Positions 11,201-21,892 are shown, counted from the first letter of the stretch. The stretch is DNA of 64,000 nt from Epithemia pelagica (GCA_946965045.2 OX337231.1:1364001-1428000); one strand, 5' to 3'. Translations and numbers: made by a program. Notes: generated by a model from the sequence alone, not told the origin.

Positions 11201-12693
11201 TCACAAACTTTCCCACTCGTAGTACCACTTCGAATGTGTGCCACTCTACCAGTGTACCAAGCCCTGGACGTTCCCCCTTGTCCGTGCTGAAAAAACGCTT
11301 GCACCTTGTCTCCCACCCGAGCTTTAGATGGATCAAGATCAAACCAAACATCTTTGTTCCAGACTGTACTGAAAGCTGATGATGAAGTAGGAACCTGAAC
11401 CAGCATTTCAAAATCATTGACGTTGGGGGTTTTCGCTGGTTCATTAGGCAACGGAAGACGAAAACGAACAGTTTCTTTTGTTTCGTCAAAGAATCGGACG
11501 TCAACCTTGGCTTCGTCACGCTGGCGATTCCACGTAACTTTTTCGACTTTAGCAGGAACCCAGTCTGCTTCGGAAACCGGAGGCTGATCATTTTGATCCT
11601 GCCGTTGCTTAGAAAATATGCAAGACACCTTTCTATACACTCTACACATTGACCCTCTGAGAGGCAGGACAGGTGATTCGCCTGATTTAGGTCCACTCTT
11701 GGTGTCCGATGCAGGTCGCTCGAATGAGGGTGTTGGACTGTTTGATTTGAAAATCGCATTCGCATCAGTTGTGTGAGGTAGTGGCCGTTTCTGACTGGTC
11801 GACACGGCATTTGGTTGTAATTTTGTAGCTGTAAGATTTAAGGGAGGTTTTTGTTCACGCTCAGCTGAAACTGAGCCGAGTGTACCACTGCTTTCTGTGT
11901 CCAACCTCTTGCGAGGTCTGGGAGGCGACGACACATTGGATGTAAGCTCGTCCGTCCTTGGTTGTTGTTGTTGTTCTTGTCGTTGCTGAAGCTTCTTGCG
12001 TTCTTCTTCCCATTCTTTCAGCACAGACGCGGGTATCGTTTCCCAGCCATCAGCGTTGGAATACTTTGATTGCTTCGTCAAGTCAATCGGGGAAGCGGCG
12101 CTCCCTGGACTTGCTGTCAATCTGGACAAGATACTCAATTTCTTTTTACATTTGACGGATGTTGGTGTCTGTACAGTCCGGTTCCTCTTTGCAGAAGATT
12201 CGTTGCCAGCTTCACATTTACCGGATGTCTGTGTCAAGTCAATGGGCGACGATACAGAACTTCCGGGACTTGTCAGACTCGAAAGAGAGCTCACTTTGGT
12301 TTTCCGTTTCTCCTTTTCAAGGTGCTCGTACCCTCGCAAGCGAGCTTTGAACGGTGTTTTTCGAGCTTTGACTACCTTCTTGGTTTTGACGCAAATTTCA
12401 ATACCAGACAGTGATCGTCCTCTCGATGAAGATGACACTGATAACATGGAAACGGACGACGTATGTGATTCTGACGCGCTATCCGTAACTTTCCGTTTCA
12501 GCTTGGAAGGAGTATCGGTCGAAGTCGATCCCAGGCTCCTCTTTTTCACGGAATGAAAGAACGACGTGATCGACGCATTCTGAAGTCTTTTCCTCTTGGC
12601 TGCAGGAGACATGATTTTGGCTTTTGTACTATGAGAAGGAGGAGAGAGAGTCAGAGTATTGCTGTTCGTATTGTTGTTGTTCGGGTCCTTCAT
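8206..12693 (-). CDS. Large putative chromatin protein: PIP-like box, two SIM-like motifs, two Tudor-like cassettes and a C-terminal helical domain
   Basis: Part of the 1623-aa ORF; likely start at the ATG at 12693 or 12612. An internal repeat of about 255 aa (10891-11660 and 9658-10413) contains W-x-P-A-K-x-E-K and W-Y/F-x-G-R-V...C-D-x-x-Y-D-D-G aromatic-cage-like motifs. SPIDLT occurs twice. Confidence 0.75.
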   Translation of the reverse strand: MKDPNNNNTNSNTLTLSPPSHSTKAKIMSPAAKRKRLQNASITSFFHSVKKRSLGSTSTDTPSKLKRKVTDSASESHTSSVSMLSVSSSSRGRSLSGIEICVKTKKVVKARKTPFKARLRGYEHLEKEKRKTKVSSLSSLTSPGSSVSSPIDLTQTSGKCEAGNESSAKRNRTVQTPTSVKCKKKLSILSRLTASPGSAASPIDLTKQSKYSNADGWETIPASVLKEWEEERKKLQQRQEQQQQPRTDELTSNVSSPPRPRKRLDTESSGTLGSVSAEREQKPPLNLTATKLQPNAVSTSQKRPLPHTTDANAIFKSNSPTPSFERPASDTKSGPKSGESPVLPLRGSMCRVYRKVSCIFSKQRQDQNDQPPVSEADWVPAKVEKVTWNRQRDEAKVDVRFFDETKETVRFRLPLPNEPAKTPNVNDFEMLVQVPTSSSAFSTVWNKDVWFDLDPSKARVGDKVQAFFQHGQGGTSRAWYTGRVAHIRSGTTSGKVCDVIYDDGELEKNIPLSSTFVNILRNGFHHPEWLQGLPVQQQTRGRGRKNGVVESVTSRGHVLVAFTDSKTGNVSKQKMAYMNVVQPVIRLVEERIAESNKHEWYRGSPHSTPASKKRPTASGDEKVSDLKDEGSITASTKCQNHGSQPGQQPSSANKSTGCGPTVSKNGTDNLNAHPDNSSSSVAPSKSVPHNEDQPTGPSRLTQRMMVEQTDKHATAATADKENIGSTPKYVSSDEAKQSVVKADMALSPHQKPTRSVPMPQRGSMCRVFCKTSSILSRELKGKEETEAEWFPAKIEKVTWARGKANLLLRYFDQTSTTVHYTHSESPRSLRTLNDQDFEMLIPVSGSSTAFQTVWKGERFYDRDPTGVEPGDRVQGFFQNGEGGTSTSWFSGRVVDVRGTPEKLAVCDILYDDGDYEKDIPLSSNNVHLIQKGQERPEWLIGLPLHREKKGRGVKLETAVVDSVEPKGVVKLALTDSKTKKVRFEKTSYSMAVDLVLKAACLTVAEHRTHHWFEGSCPVHVSVNPSSSRPQCNRKKCASKTTVKHTNTGPVESSSAKPNAERPVLKTLGHVATQEKSRRVVGKPGKENDTTMLGINIKTTSEFTVKRNGRRPKETLTEMKTKRRGRKKVHLMEQVTEEAKFVSMQVFDHQGDGRLIKPHHDDSSCSRKNEIHPALGKALEKSLHSCFSHIGSELLNFTCIYHNRSPTLDIRKSLVTLMLRGPTSGTTTFPDCQRMQLGEKYLHLTLAQDPKIHEQFIKDAGTTFWTDCLNCLMEDHYTLEGDEVRMTNFAINRVAQSVHVKACCAEFFLRLLEYELGDYPASSREFDIHNIDERKLLKDIAGHRRGPKEALEKFWNALVKQWLLLGHFILGEPTGLLQSEENVSKESLHFLQEQSSRLLTILGRITSHMAWLHHVLDREDQNKIAHLLYNNASRLLDQNEFDPSPFFSGYTSLNDHWNQVRLRLVLDLDKRIVPEVRPILADLMDVGAVFNIIFAY

Positions 12694-13464
12694 GAGTTGC
12701 TGCCAAAGCGAAAAATGGAGAACGTGTGCGGGTTTTGCAGTCGCCAACAATCCGCAACATTTTCGAATGCGCCCGCCAGGGACTGAGAGATTCTGGCGCA
12801 CGCAAGACGAGCTGGAGTTACAAACCCCAGAGGATTGAAGATTTTTCACGAGAACATTATTCAATCGCATAATCCAGGAACACAATACCGATAGTTCGCG
12901 ACTGAACAAAGAGATTCTCGAGTCGATGATTTTCTCCAGTCGTCCTTCTCTGTAACTCAATCTCCAGCGGAACAAGTTTTCATGCAAAATCGCTTCACCG
13001 CTGGAAAACATATCCGCGCTGCAAAATATGCCGACCCGGCGTGGCATGGCGCGTCGAGAGGCGAAGCAAGCGCTCATTCATGTCGTCCGTCTTCGTATAC
13101 CTTTTCCTAGAGTAGCTCTAGCACTCGGGGAGAACATCTCTCTAGGAGTAGTTTAACTCTTACTCCTACAATACAAGCAATAACATGGAATCAAAATGCC
13201 GGGCTCCAATTTGGTCCGTCTTTTCCTGGAGTGGCCCCTTAGTAACTTTTTGGCCTGCCTTTGTAACTATCAGTTTTCCATGTTCTGAATCTCATGGAGG
13301 TAAATGTTTTCGAGTTTTTCATGAGCGTCAAAAGTCCAGGAACCAGTCTATTTCTGGACAACAAGTCTTACTTGAGAGACGTGCGCGCGATTCATTGCTT
13401 TGTAGCCAGAGGTGTGTCAACGACCCAACAGAGACACCGCGACAGATTGTATTAGTTCCAGTGT

Positions 13465-14180
13465 TCAACCAAGGAGAAAGATGCGATTTCCAATATCTTC
13501 GACCATCCAGTCCATGGCCTCCACAAGTCCTAGACCCGTCACAGCACTGCAGGGTTGGATATTCCAATGCCGATTCTTGTAACGATCTGCTGTGTCCAAT
13601 TCTAGGGTAGAGGCAATTTCCTGAACGGTCAGTGCGCCTTCGACATCTTGTTTATTGGCCAGAATCAACAAAGTCGCTCCAGCCAAACGTTCGTGCTGCA
13701 ACAAGCGTTCCAATTCTTCCTTGCACAATTGCAGTCGCAGAGTATCGGAACTATCCACCACCCAAATAAGACCATCCGTGGATTCAAAGTAATTACGCCA
13801 GTAGGCACGAATCGATGATTGGCCCCCGACATCCCACAAATTCAGATTGTATCCACTGGAACTGTGTTGAAGGGTTTGAATATTGAATCCCAAGGTTGGT
13901 TCAATGGTATCAATAGGTTCCCCACAAAACTTTTTGAGGACCGTCGTTTTCCCGGCATTGTCCAAACCCAGAATTAAAAGACGAATCTCTTTTTCTTTTT
14001 GCTTCATCTGATATATCAGATAGATTCAATAATGACAATTGTCATCATACATGGCAGAGGAGACCAGGCAAATACGGGTATGAGAAAAGTCATGCACTCA
14101 CCAGTCCGCGGCATTGGCGAGAAAAGCTGCATGGCTACAACCAGATGGCGTACCTTGCGAAGTATTGTCAGTAATCCCAT
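13465..14180 (-). CDS. ARL2: ADP-ribosylation factor-like GTPase 2, two exons (14180-14154, 14007-13465)
   Basis: Exon 1 encodes [10 protein letters not shown] 146-nt GT...CAG phase-0 intron (14153-14008) joins it to [22 protein letters not shown]...WDVGGQ...NKQD...CSA, giving the canonical ARL2 N-terminus and G1/G3/G4/G5 motifs. Confidence 0.96.
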
Positions 14181-14450
14181 GGTGTCTATTCAAGATGGCT
14201 AGGGATTCGCCCTCTTTTTTATTCTCGGAAGTCGTTGGATGGGATATTTACGTGAAATTGCCTACGACGTGTGGTCTTCATGGTCGATTGTCGGGATGCG
14301 TAAGAGAAGAAGAAGGGGGATAGCGAGGCCCTCATTGTTTTGGGGGATAAGAAAGAGGGTTGTGGGGGATGGCTTCGCCGGCCAGACGGCGACCCCACTT
14401 CCGATTGAAAGAAAGCAGAGAATTCGTCATCGGTCGAAGAATTCTTGTTG

Positions 14451-14627
14451 TGTCTGTCGTGCGTACGTTGGAGCGGGGCAGTTGATCGCACATAGACTAC
14501 GACAAGCCCCACCGGACTTGGACATCTCTGATGCGATGTCCATGCTCACAATTCTTGAGATTGCGAGCATTGCAACTGCCATCTTGAGAGGTCTACACAG
14601 AGATGGATAGACTAAGACAATCAAAAA
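14451..14627 (+). repeat. A1 terminal repeat of element 2 (177 bp)
   Basis: Matches the split A2 with 2 mismatches (14543 T vs C; 14605 G vs A). Confidence 0.95.
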
Positions 14628-14643
14628 CAACTTTGGATCTACG

Positions 14644-17490
14644 ATGACTGTTACTACTGCCTTTGACGACGAGATGTTTTCCAACATGGAAGACACGGTT
14701 TCTCCTTCTGATTCTGGTGGTACTGAGGGCAACGGGACTGCCACCTTGGCTCAGTTTATCTCTCAGCCTTCTCAGTCCGAATCCCATTACGGTACAAACG
14801 ATGATGATGATTTGTTGAGTCTTGATGGTAACCCTCCTTCTGTCGAAGACTCTGGCCACGGTCGTCGTCGCACTCGTTCGAACAGTTCCGGAAGTCATGA
14901 GTCCCGTTCGTCTAAGAGTACGAAGCTGTCGAAGAAAGCGGTGAAACCTTCTCCGAATCCCGATCAGGATGACGAAGGTACTACCCCGGCAAACTACACC
15001 TCCAAGAAATCTTCTGCCTCCTCCAAGGTGACCCATAAGAAGATTTCGAAGAAGGATTTGGTCTCTTCTAATCGCCATCAGCCCCCACGTGGAACAGAGG
15101 ATAACACCAAGACGCCGACTTCCCTGTCCCGTCCCTCTGATCTTTACCGAGTTCCCATCCCGTTCTCCCAAGATACTCTTGAACTGGTCGATTCAATGAA
15201 TCCTGTGGATTGGTCTGACGCTTTTAGCTCACCCTTTCACCGATCTTTGGATAAATCGTCGAACTCCTGGTCTGAATTCTTCGACAAGTTTGATACCGTT
15301 TCTTGTGCAGAAAAGCTCCAACGCTTTATCTCCTGCGACCTTGGTTCCAACACCCCATTGGCCTTTTTAGGTGTTGACCGTCGTGGCAAGATCCGTATCC
15401 TCCACAACTTATTGGTGGCCCCGAACACCGGAAACTTCGTGAACCCCGATCCGATTTTCTTTGGCCTTTCCCATTGCAAGTTCGAATCACCCCCTATTTG
15501 GCTGGATCCCGAAGACGTGGATGCTTTACTGCTTTCAGTCGAGCATCCTGATGTACCTTCAGCTCATGAGATTATGAAGTTTTGTTGTATCGACAAGAAT
15601 GCTCCTTCTTCGTCTAAGAAGTCCCGTGCAGCCGATACATTGCCCTCCTTCCATTTCGATACCCTTCGATTTGGCTCCCTCAAGAAGCCGACTGCAGACT
15701 TGGATGAAGCAGCGACTACCTTCTCTTTGAAAGGTTTGTTCCCCCTTCATCCTGCTCTCTCAGGTTTATTGTTGAGTCACTTTGACGCCCAAGAACTCAA
15801 TTCCTCAAAACACTCGGCCCCTTTCCTCGCTTCATTCATTTTCAAGTTTCTGAATGATCGTTGGACAATGTCAACTCCCCAAGAACTTCAAGCCAAGTGC
15901 ACCTCAGTCCCTATGTATCATGACCTGTTCAAGTCGAGCCTCCCTCTGTTTAGGTTCCTCTGGTTTGCTCATCACAAACGGTCATGTGTGGAACCTATTG
16001 CCATTGAGGTTCCCCCGAACTCATCTGAAGCGACGACTGCCTTTGAGTCATACAAGTTTCAGCTATTCCCCTTTCTGAAAACCGAACCAACTTCTTGTTC
16101 TCCCCAAGGTATCCTCCCTCCACCTGTGCTGGACGCCCCTGTTGCCCCTCCCCATGGTCAACCACCAACATTTGAGAACTTTAGAGTCAATGAACATTCA
16201 GCCGCAAGCCATCCCATTTCAGCTGATACAATTTACATGACTGAGAAGCTTACCGATAAGTTGTCTGACGCCATTGCTAAGCACACTTCCAAGTTGACAC
16301 GTGAGAAAGAAGACGAAAAGAAAGAGATTTTCAAACACACTACCCACCTTCGTAACGCCATAGTGTTTGGCCAGGTTGGTCCTTCCTCGTTGGAACTCCC
16401 TTCTTCTCCATCCGAGATCGCGACCGAGTTGTTCCATCAGAAGAGTACGCATACTCTTTATTCGACGATTCACGCTCGTGTCTTTCGGAAATCAGACAAC
16501 GCCTGTTACATCCTTTTTGGTCAATGTGGCGTTTTACAAAAGTTTGGACTCCGTTGGCGAGGAAATGACCATCCGAGCGGATTTTCTCCTTTCTCTTTCG
16601 ATCCTTACTGTTGCTCTGGTCCTGACTCCCACCTTGCTCTCGACCATGACATTCAACATGCTATCTACGAGAGCTCATTGCGGAGCGATAACGGGCTTTC
16701 AACCAAAGACATGAGAGAGATTTTTGTGAACGAAAAGCTTTTTTGTCCACTTACCTGTGATGAGTATCAAACACAACTCCGTTCATTTTATCTCTTTGCA
16801 TGCGCGATTTGGAACAACGAATGTTTCGTTGCCCTCCAACTCCATAAGATGGTGGAGCACATCTTATCGAACCGATATATTTACCGCAGCAGCCAGGCAG
16901 TTGACCCTACCTTCCTTTGTCGTGTCCTTTTCTCGATTGATTTTGCGATTCAACGATTTATCGATTCGTATCTTGAAGACGCCAAGTGTGTTGAGGATAT
17001 CCGTTGCGACCGCCTTGAATTCCATATAAATAAACTCTGCGACAAGATCGAATCCAAAGAAGACATTTGTAAGATGCTGCCGAAGTTTATCGAATCAGCG
17101 ATTCGGGCAAAAGCGAAGACTCAACATGACTTTCTCAAGAATTCGTCGGCTTCCTCCTCTACTTCGACAAACCCCAAGAAACGCAAGGCCTCTGTTGAAC
17201 CCGACCCTTCTCCACCAACGGTTGTCCGATTCGATTCACCGGCTGATTGGTGTATACCCGCTGACCTCCAATATTCTCGAGTGTTTCCTCGCTCTGTTTT
17301 GGCGAAAATCCCCCACATGACGGCCGATGGTGTTGATCGTCCGTTTTGCAATAAGCTCTTTACCTTGAAATATTGCAAAAATGGAAACCAATGCCATTTC
17401 AGTCATGCCGACCCTCGAGAACATGGTAAAGGCCCAGCTATGTCGTCATTTTACAGGAAGGCCTTCAACGACGCGAAAAATAATTCTTGA
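14644..17490 (+). CDS. Gag-like protein with C-terminal CCCH zinc finger
   Basis: 948-aa ORF directly after A1, with a Ser-rich N-terminus. C-x8-C-x5-C-x3-H (CNKLFTLKYCKNGNQCHFSH) at 17347-17406. Confidence 0.85.
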   Translation: MTVTTAFDDEMFSNMEDTVSPSDSGGTEGNGTATLAQFISQPSQSESHYGTNDDDDLLSLDGNPPSVEDSGHGRRRTRSNSSGSHESRSSKSTKLSKKAVKPSPNPDQDDEGTTPANYTSKKSSASSKVTHKKISKKDLVSSNRHQPPRGTEDNTKTPTSLSRPSDLYRVPIPFSQDTLELVDSMNPVDWSDAFSSPFHRSLDKSSNSWSEFFDKFDTVSCAEKLQRFISCDLGSNTPLAFLGVDRRGKIRILHNLLVAPNTGNFVNPDPIFFGLSHCKFESPPIWLDPEDVDALLLSVEHPDVPSAHEIMKFCCIDKNAPSSSKKSRAADTLPSFHFDTLRFGSLKKPTADLDEAATTFSLKGLFPLHPALSGLLLSHFDAQELNSSKHSAPFLASFIFKFLNDRWTMSTPQELQAKCTSVPMYHDLFKSSLPLFRFLWFAHHKRSCVEPIAIEVPPNSSEATTAFESYKFQLFPFLKTEPTSCSPQGILPPPVLDAPVAPPHGQPPTFENFRVNEHSAASHPISADTIYMTEKLTDKLSDAIAKHTSKLTREKEDEKKEIFKHTTHLRNAIVFGQVGPSSLELPSSPSEIATELFHQKSTHTLYSTIHARVFRKSDNACYILFGQCGVLQKFGLRWRGNDHPSGFSPFSFDPYCCSGPDSHLALDHDIQHAIYESSLRSDNGLSTKDMREIFVNEKLFCPLTCDEYQTQLRSFYLFACAIWNNECFVALQLHKMVEHILSNRYIYRSSQAVDPTFLCRVLFSIDFAIQRFIDSYLEDAKCVEDIRCDRLEFHINKLCDKIESKEDICKMLPKFIESAIRAKAKTQHDFLKNSSASSSTSTNPKKRKASVEPDPSPPTVVRFDSPADWCIPADLQYSRVFPRSVLAKIPHMTADGVDRPFCNKLFTLKYCKNGNQCHFSHADPREHGKGPAMSSFYRKAFNDAKNNS

Positions 17491-20400
17491 CATGGTACCG
17501 GGCCGATTGATGATACTGGTAATGTTGCTCCTTCCTCCTCTAGCAAAAACCGTTCTTCTTACTTCTCATCTCTCTGCCCACCTTCCCCACCAATCGCTCG
17601 AAGACAATCTATCCCTTCTTCCCCATCAGCAGATCCCATCCCTTACCGAGTCCCAAATACTCCTTCACCACTGATTCCCCAAGTCTTTTTGGATGAACGT
17701 CGAATCTCGTCGTCTGATGTTGCTCAAAAGATTCTGCTCCCCAGCACTCCAAGCCTTCCCAAACCCGGCGTCCGTTTCACGACAGAGTTCAAGACTAAAA
17801 TTTTCGACTTGCGGAAACCAGCATGTAGAGTTGCGAACCCGAACTCCCCCAAACCCAAACCTACTACACGTCCTATACTACGTTCCCCCAAGAATGACCT
17901 ATCTAGACAAGACCCAACGGATAATACTTCACCCACAACGATTATTCCAGATAACGACGAATTTATCAAGGACATCGAAATTGCATCGACTCGGAACCAC
18001 GAGCAGGACGAAACCCTGACTACTACACAACACCAACAAATTCCTTTTGGCAAACCGCGATTGTTAGGCTCACCTTCTCCGAATATTTCTTCTGACTTGT
18101 CGGGAAAGTCCCTTCAACGGAATCTTTCTCGACTTGAATCTGAGATCCATTTGGGAGAATCTATGCTAGGTGAGTCTAACCCTGTTTCCATTACCAATAC
18201 CACAACAGACAACCACGAAAACCCCTCCCTTGTTGACTTTCAAGGAGGCAACCTAAACTATCTACCAAACGACCCAAAGCTGATTTTTACTCATAAGATT
18301 CAGCGCCCACCACTAGCTACACCAACCCATGAACACAAGATCGAGACAATCTTACACATCAGCAAGGAACAAGTTCCTGCTCCACGACCATCACCTTTTC
18401 GACACCAGACGACAGCCGATGCAGCAGAATTCAATTCAAATCTCATTGCATCATTTGGGTTTGACCTCCAACGATTGTTCGATGCATACCCAGGCACGAC
18501 GATTAGCCCAGGCTCTGAGTTCCGTCCGTTAGGATCGATTGCCCAGCTCCTTCGATACCACCCTTTCTGGAACAAGATTCAAGACACATTAAAAAACGGG
18601 GCCAGCTACGACTTCAAACCTCTTCCCCCAGATATCAACCGACAATTTGAAAATGATGCGATACTCGCATATGGGAACCACGCTTCCGCTCGACAACGCC
18701 CAGAAGCTCTTATCAAAGTCTGCAAAAAAGACACGAAATTCGGTTACTCGTTCCCCATATCATTTGATTGTGCACGACAAATCTAACAAGGCCGGGCTGG
18801 ACCACTGGGCGTTGCCCAACATGCCGGAATTGATGAGCACGGTAACATCGTGATCAAAGATCGTTTAGCTCACGACCAATCTTTCTCCTTGGGATTTGCG
18901 CCGTCCTTGAACGACTTGGTCGACGAATCGGATTTAATTGACCTCGTCTTTGGATGGTGTCTCGACCGCATCATCCATCAAACCGTAGCTCTTCGGCAAC
19001 AATTCCCAAACAAGCGTATTCTCGTCTGCAAGTTTGACTGGGGTTCCGCCTACCGAAGAATTAACGGTGACGGAATCTTAGTGGCCAACACAATCACAAC
19101 AGACGCGAGTGGAGACTTCGCAAATCTCTTGACCCGTCTCACCTTTGGTGGCCGTCCGCACCCCGCAATGTTTAGTACATTTTCAGAGGCAGCCTGCGAC
19201 CTCTGCAACGATGTTGCAGATTTGGACGAGTGGGACCCCTCTGTTTGCCGTTCGCCTTTACAAGACCTTATGGGCAAAATCCAACGGCTCGATGAATCTA
19301 TCCCATTCCATCCAGCCCAACCCATGGCTGTCGACGTCGAGCCCAGACCACAAGGATACCACGACGTGTATATTGATGATATGATTCAGCTTTTTGTGGA
19401 TTGCGAAAAATTTATCAACCGAGCACCAGGCATCGTCCCTCTGGTCCTCCACCTACTGGTTCGACCATCCATGCCGGATGAACCGATCGACCGAAACGAC
19501 ATTCTTGCCGAAGACAAGATGAAAGCAGAGGGAGCACCGTCAGAAGAAATGCGCGTATTGGGCTGGATTATTGACACACGCCGGTTACAGATGCGCTTAC
19601 CTTTTGACAAGTTCACATGCTGGTCTCGCGAAATTGAGACTTGGTTAGATCCCAAACGAGTTTATGTGACTTTCAAAGAGTTGGAGTCGATGCTGGGCAA
19701 AATGATTCATGCCTGCAAAGGCATCCCCTTAGCATTATACTACACCAAGAGGTCCCAAGAATTGAAAGAACACATTTTGAGCAAACACCAAGCCAAAAGA
19801 TCAGATAACAAAGGCCTCAACGAGCACGTCAGGGACGTACCTTCCGCTAGAGTCCAAGACCTCCCCAAACCCTGGTTCAGGTACAAGATTCCAAAAGCAG
19901 TTAGACAGGATCTCCAAGTATGGACGAAACTTTTGGCAAAAGCCCACAAAGGGATCAGCCTCAACCTACTTACCTGCCGGCGCCCAACTCATGTTATGAT
20001 TGCTGACTCATGCCCGTATGGCATGGGCGGCTTTTCCGTCCGTACCGGCAAGGCGTGGCATGTTCCTCTCGACCCCGAGATTTATGCCTTAGCAGCAAAC
20101 AAGACGGACACAGAAACCGACGAACTCGGCCGAGACCCCGACCTCAAACTCTCAAACAATCTGTTCGAGTTTGTGTGCCAAGTGGTCACGATTTGGGTAG
20201 ATTGTTTGGCCGGTGCAGTCCCAACCGAATCCTGTGTGCTCGGGCTATCAGATAGCAGCTCAGCCACTGGATGGATGCACAAATCATCCTTTGGGTCCAA
20301 CAAACCCAACCACCAACGGGTATCTGAAAAACTAACAGACTTGGTGTTAGAATACAACTTTCTCCTCCACCCCGAGCACATCCCGGGCAAAGCAAATGTG

Positions 20401-20745
20401 GTTACTGACCTTCTCTCTCGCACGTTTGATTGTTGTGACAAAGTTCTAACGCAAAAAATCCATTCCCTTTACTCTTCCCAGATTCCGCAGAACTTCCGGA
20501 TCTGTCCCATACCCAACGAAGTCGCGTCATGGATCTCATCCGTCGCACCGCGGCTGTGCGAATATTCTTTGGACGAGTTGAATCGTCCAATGAGGCCATC
20601 GACAGGACATGGGGGAGATGGCTCCTCCATCTCAAATTGTTCAGACTCCGAGACGACCCCTTTCTTGACCGAATCAAGACCCTTCGTACGCGATCGCAGA
20701 TCGTTGGCACCTTCCTCCAACGACTGCGAGATGGAGCTTTCTTGA
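17491..20745 (+). CDS. Pol (reverse transcriptase plus RNase H), same frame as gag, with one internal in-frame TAA at 18784-18786
   Basis: Frame 1 is open from the codon after the gag TGA. RT motifs: PLGVAQH..KDRLAHDQSF, KFDWGSAYRRI, LTFGGRPHP, YIDDM, LGWIIDT. RNase H motifs: IADSCPYGMGG, NLFEF, SDSSSA, HIPGKANVVTDLLSR. Confidence 0.9.
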
Positions 20746-21839
20746 GAGGGGCTACGGAGCCTCTTCGAGCATCGACTCTCGAGAAGGCCCTTAGCGACGT
20801 GGCATCGCGCTTCCGGTATAACGACCGGCCAAGCCCCTGCCACGTCCCGGGATGCAACCGGCACCACCCCATAATCGAGTCATTAAAGAAAGCTTGGGCC
20901 CAAATAGACCCCGACGAGAAAAGACAGAAAGCAATAACACCCCGACACCTTCGCTTCATGTGGGAGTACGCCACGAGGATCCATGGCGACATCGACCTCT
21001 CCACGTTTGAAGCCTGTATCGCAGACCTCGCCCTTGCCGGATACTTCTTCGCCATGCGGAGCTGCGAATACTCCACCGTGAAACAACGTGGAAAAACAAA
21101 GCTGTTGACGATTGGAAACATACGGTTCAAACGAAACGACGAACTGCAATCCACAATCGAACCAACAGACCCCCAATTTAACGAACTCGCACACTTCGTT
21201 TCAATCACCTTCACCCAACAAAAATCCGACGCCAAGTATGAAACACGCACACAAAGCCGTACTGCCGACCCAATTCTTTGCCCAGTGCGACTCTGGGGGC
21301 GCATCATCCGGCGCATCCTCCATTACAGACCAGACGCACCACCGACGACGCCGGTGAATTGTTGGTTCGACCCACACCAACTTTCCAAGACGACCACGCC
21401 CAAACCACGATTCATCAGAGCCGAAGATACAATCCGACTCCTCCGATCATCATGCACCAACGGTGGTGGACAGTCCATGTTCGGATACCGTCCCAAGGAA
21501 ATAGGGACGCACTCCCTTCGCTCTGGAGCCGCGATGGCCCTGTTTCTTGCCCGCGCCTCCGTCTTGAAGATCATGATCCTGGGGAGATGGTCATCCGCGG
21601 CATTTCTCCGATACATCCGACCCCAGGTCATGGAGTGGACGGCTGGCATGTCGACAATGATGTTGACTAACCCAGACTTTCGACACGTCGACCCAGCCAA
21701 CCAAACCGAAATCACACGAGGAGACGTCGACGCCATCCAATCGAACCTTGAGGCAGCAATAGAGTCTCCGGAGGAAATCAAGTTCAATGGCTCCGTTGCA
21801 TTCGGAACCTTTGCGACACATCTGAATCTTGAGTTTTGA
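20529..21839 (+). CDS. Tyrosine recombinase of element 2
   Basis: Overlaps the RNase H 3' end in another frame. Catalytic residues look intact: FFAMRSCEY (R), QQKSD (K), THSLRSG (HxxR), LGRW (W), FLRYIR (Y). Confidence 0.93.
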   Translation: MDLIRRTAAVRIFFGRVESSNEAIDRTWGRWLLHLKLFRLRDDPFLDRIKTLRTRSQIVGTFLQRLRDGAFLRGATEPLRASTLEKALSDVASRFRYNDRPSPCHVPGCNRHHPIIESLKKAWAQIDPDEKRQKAITPRHLRFMWEYATRIHGDIDLSTFEACIADLALAGYFFAMRSCEYSTVKQRGKTKLLTIGNIRFKRNDELQSTIEPTDPQFNELAHFVSITFTQQKSDAKYETRTQSRTADPILCPVRLWGRIIRRILHYRPDAPPTTPVNCWFDPHQLSKTTTPKPRFIRAEDTIRLLRSSCTNGGGQSMFGYRPKEIGTHSLRSGAAMALFLARASVLKIMILGRWSSAAFLRYIRPQVMEWTAGMSTMMLTNPDFRHVDPANQTEITRGDVDAIQSNLEAAIESPEEIKFNGSVAFGTFATHLNLEF

Positions 21840-21892
21840 GAACAAGATCCATCAAGTCAGACGATTCCGAAATGCTGTCTTCTTCAATGGTG

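Noticed and set aside
12694-13077. N-terminal 128 codons of the 1623-aa ORF
   Set aside because: The sequence reads like UTR or promoter DNA; a start at 12693 or 12612 is more plausible, though not proven.
20402-21316. 304-aa minus-strand ORF and similar long antisense ORFs (54543-55265, 56180-56956, 727-1314, 11996-12556)
   Set aside because: They lie opposite well-supported genes, have no recognisable motifs, and are expected from codon bias and low complexity.
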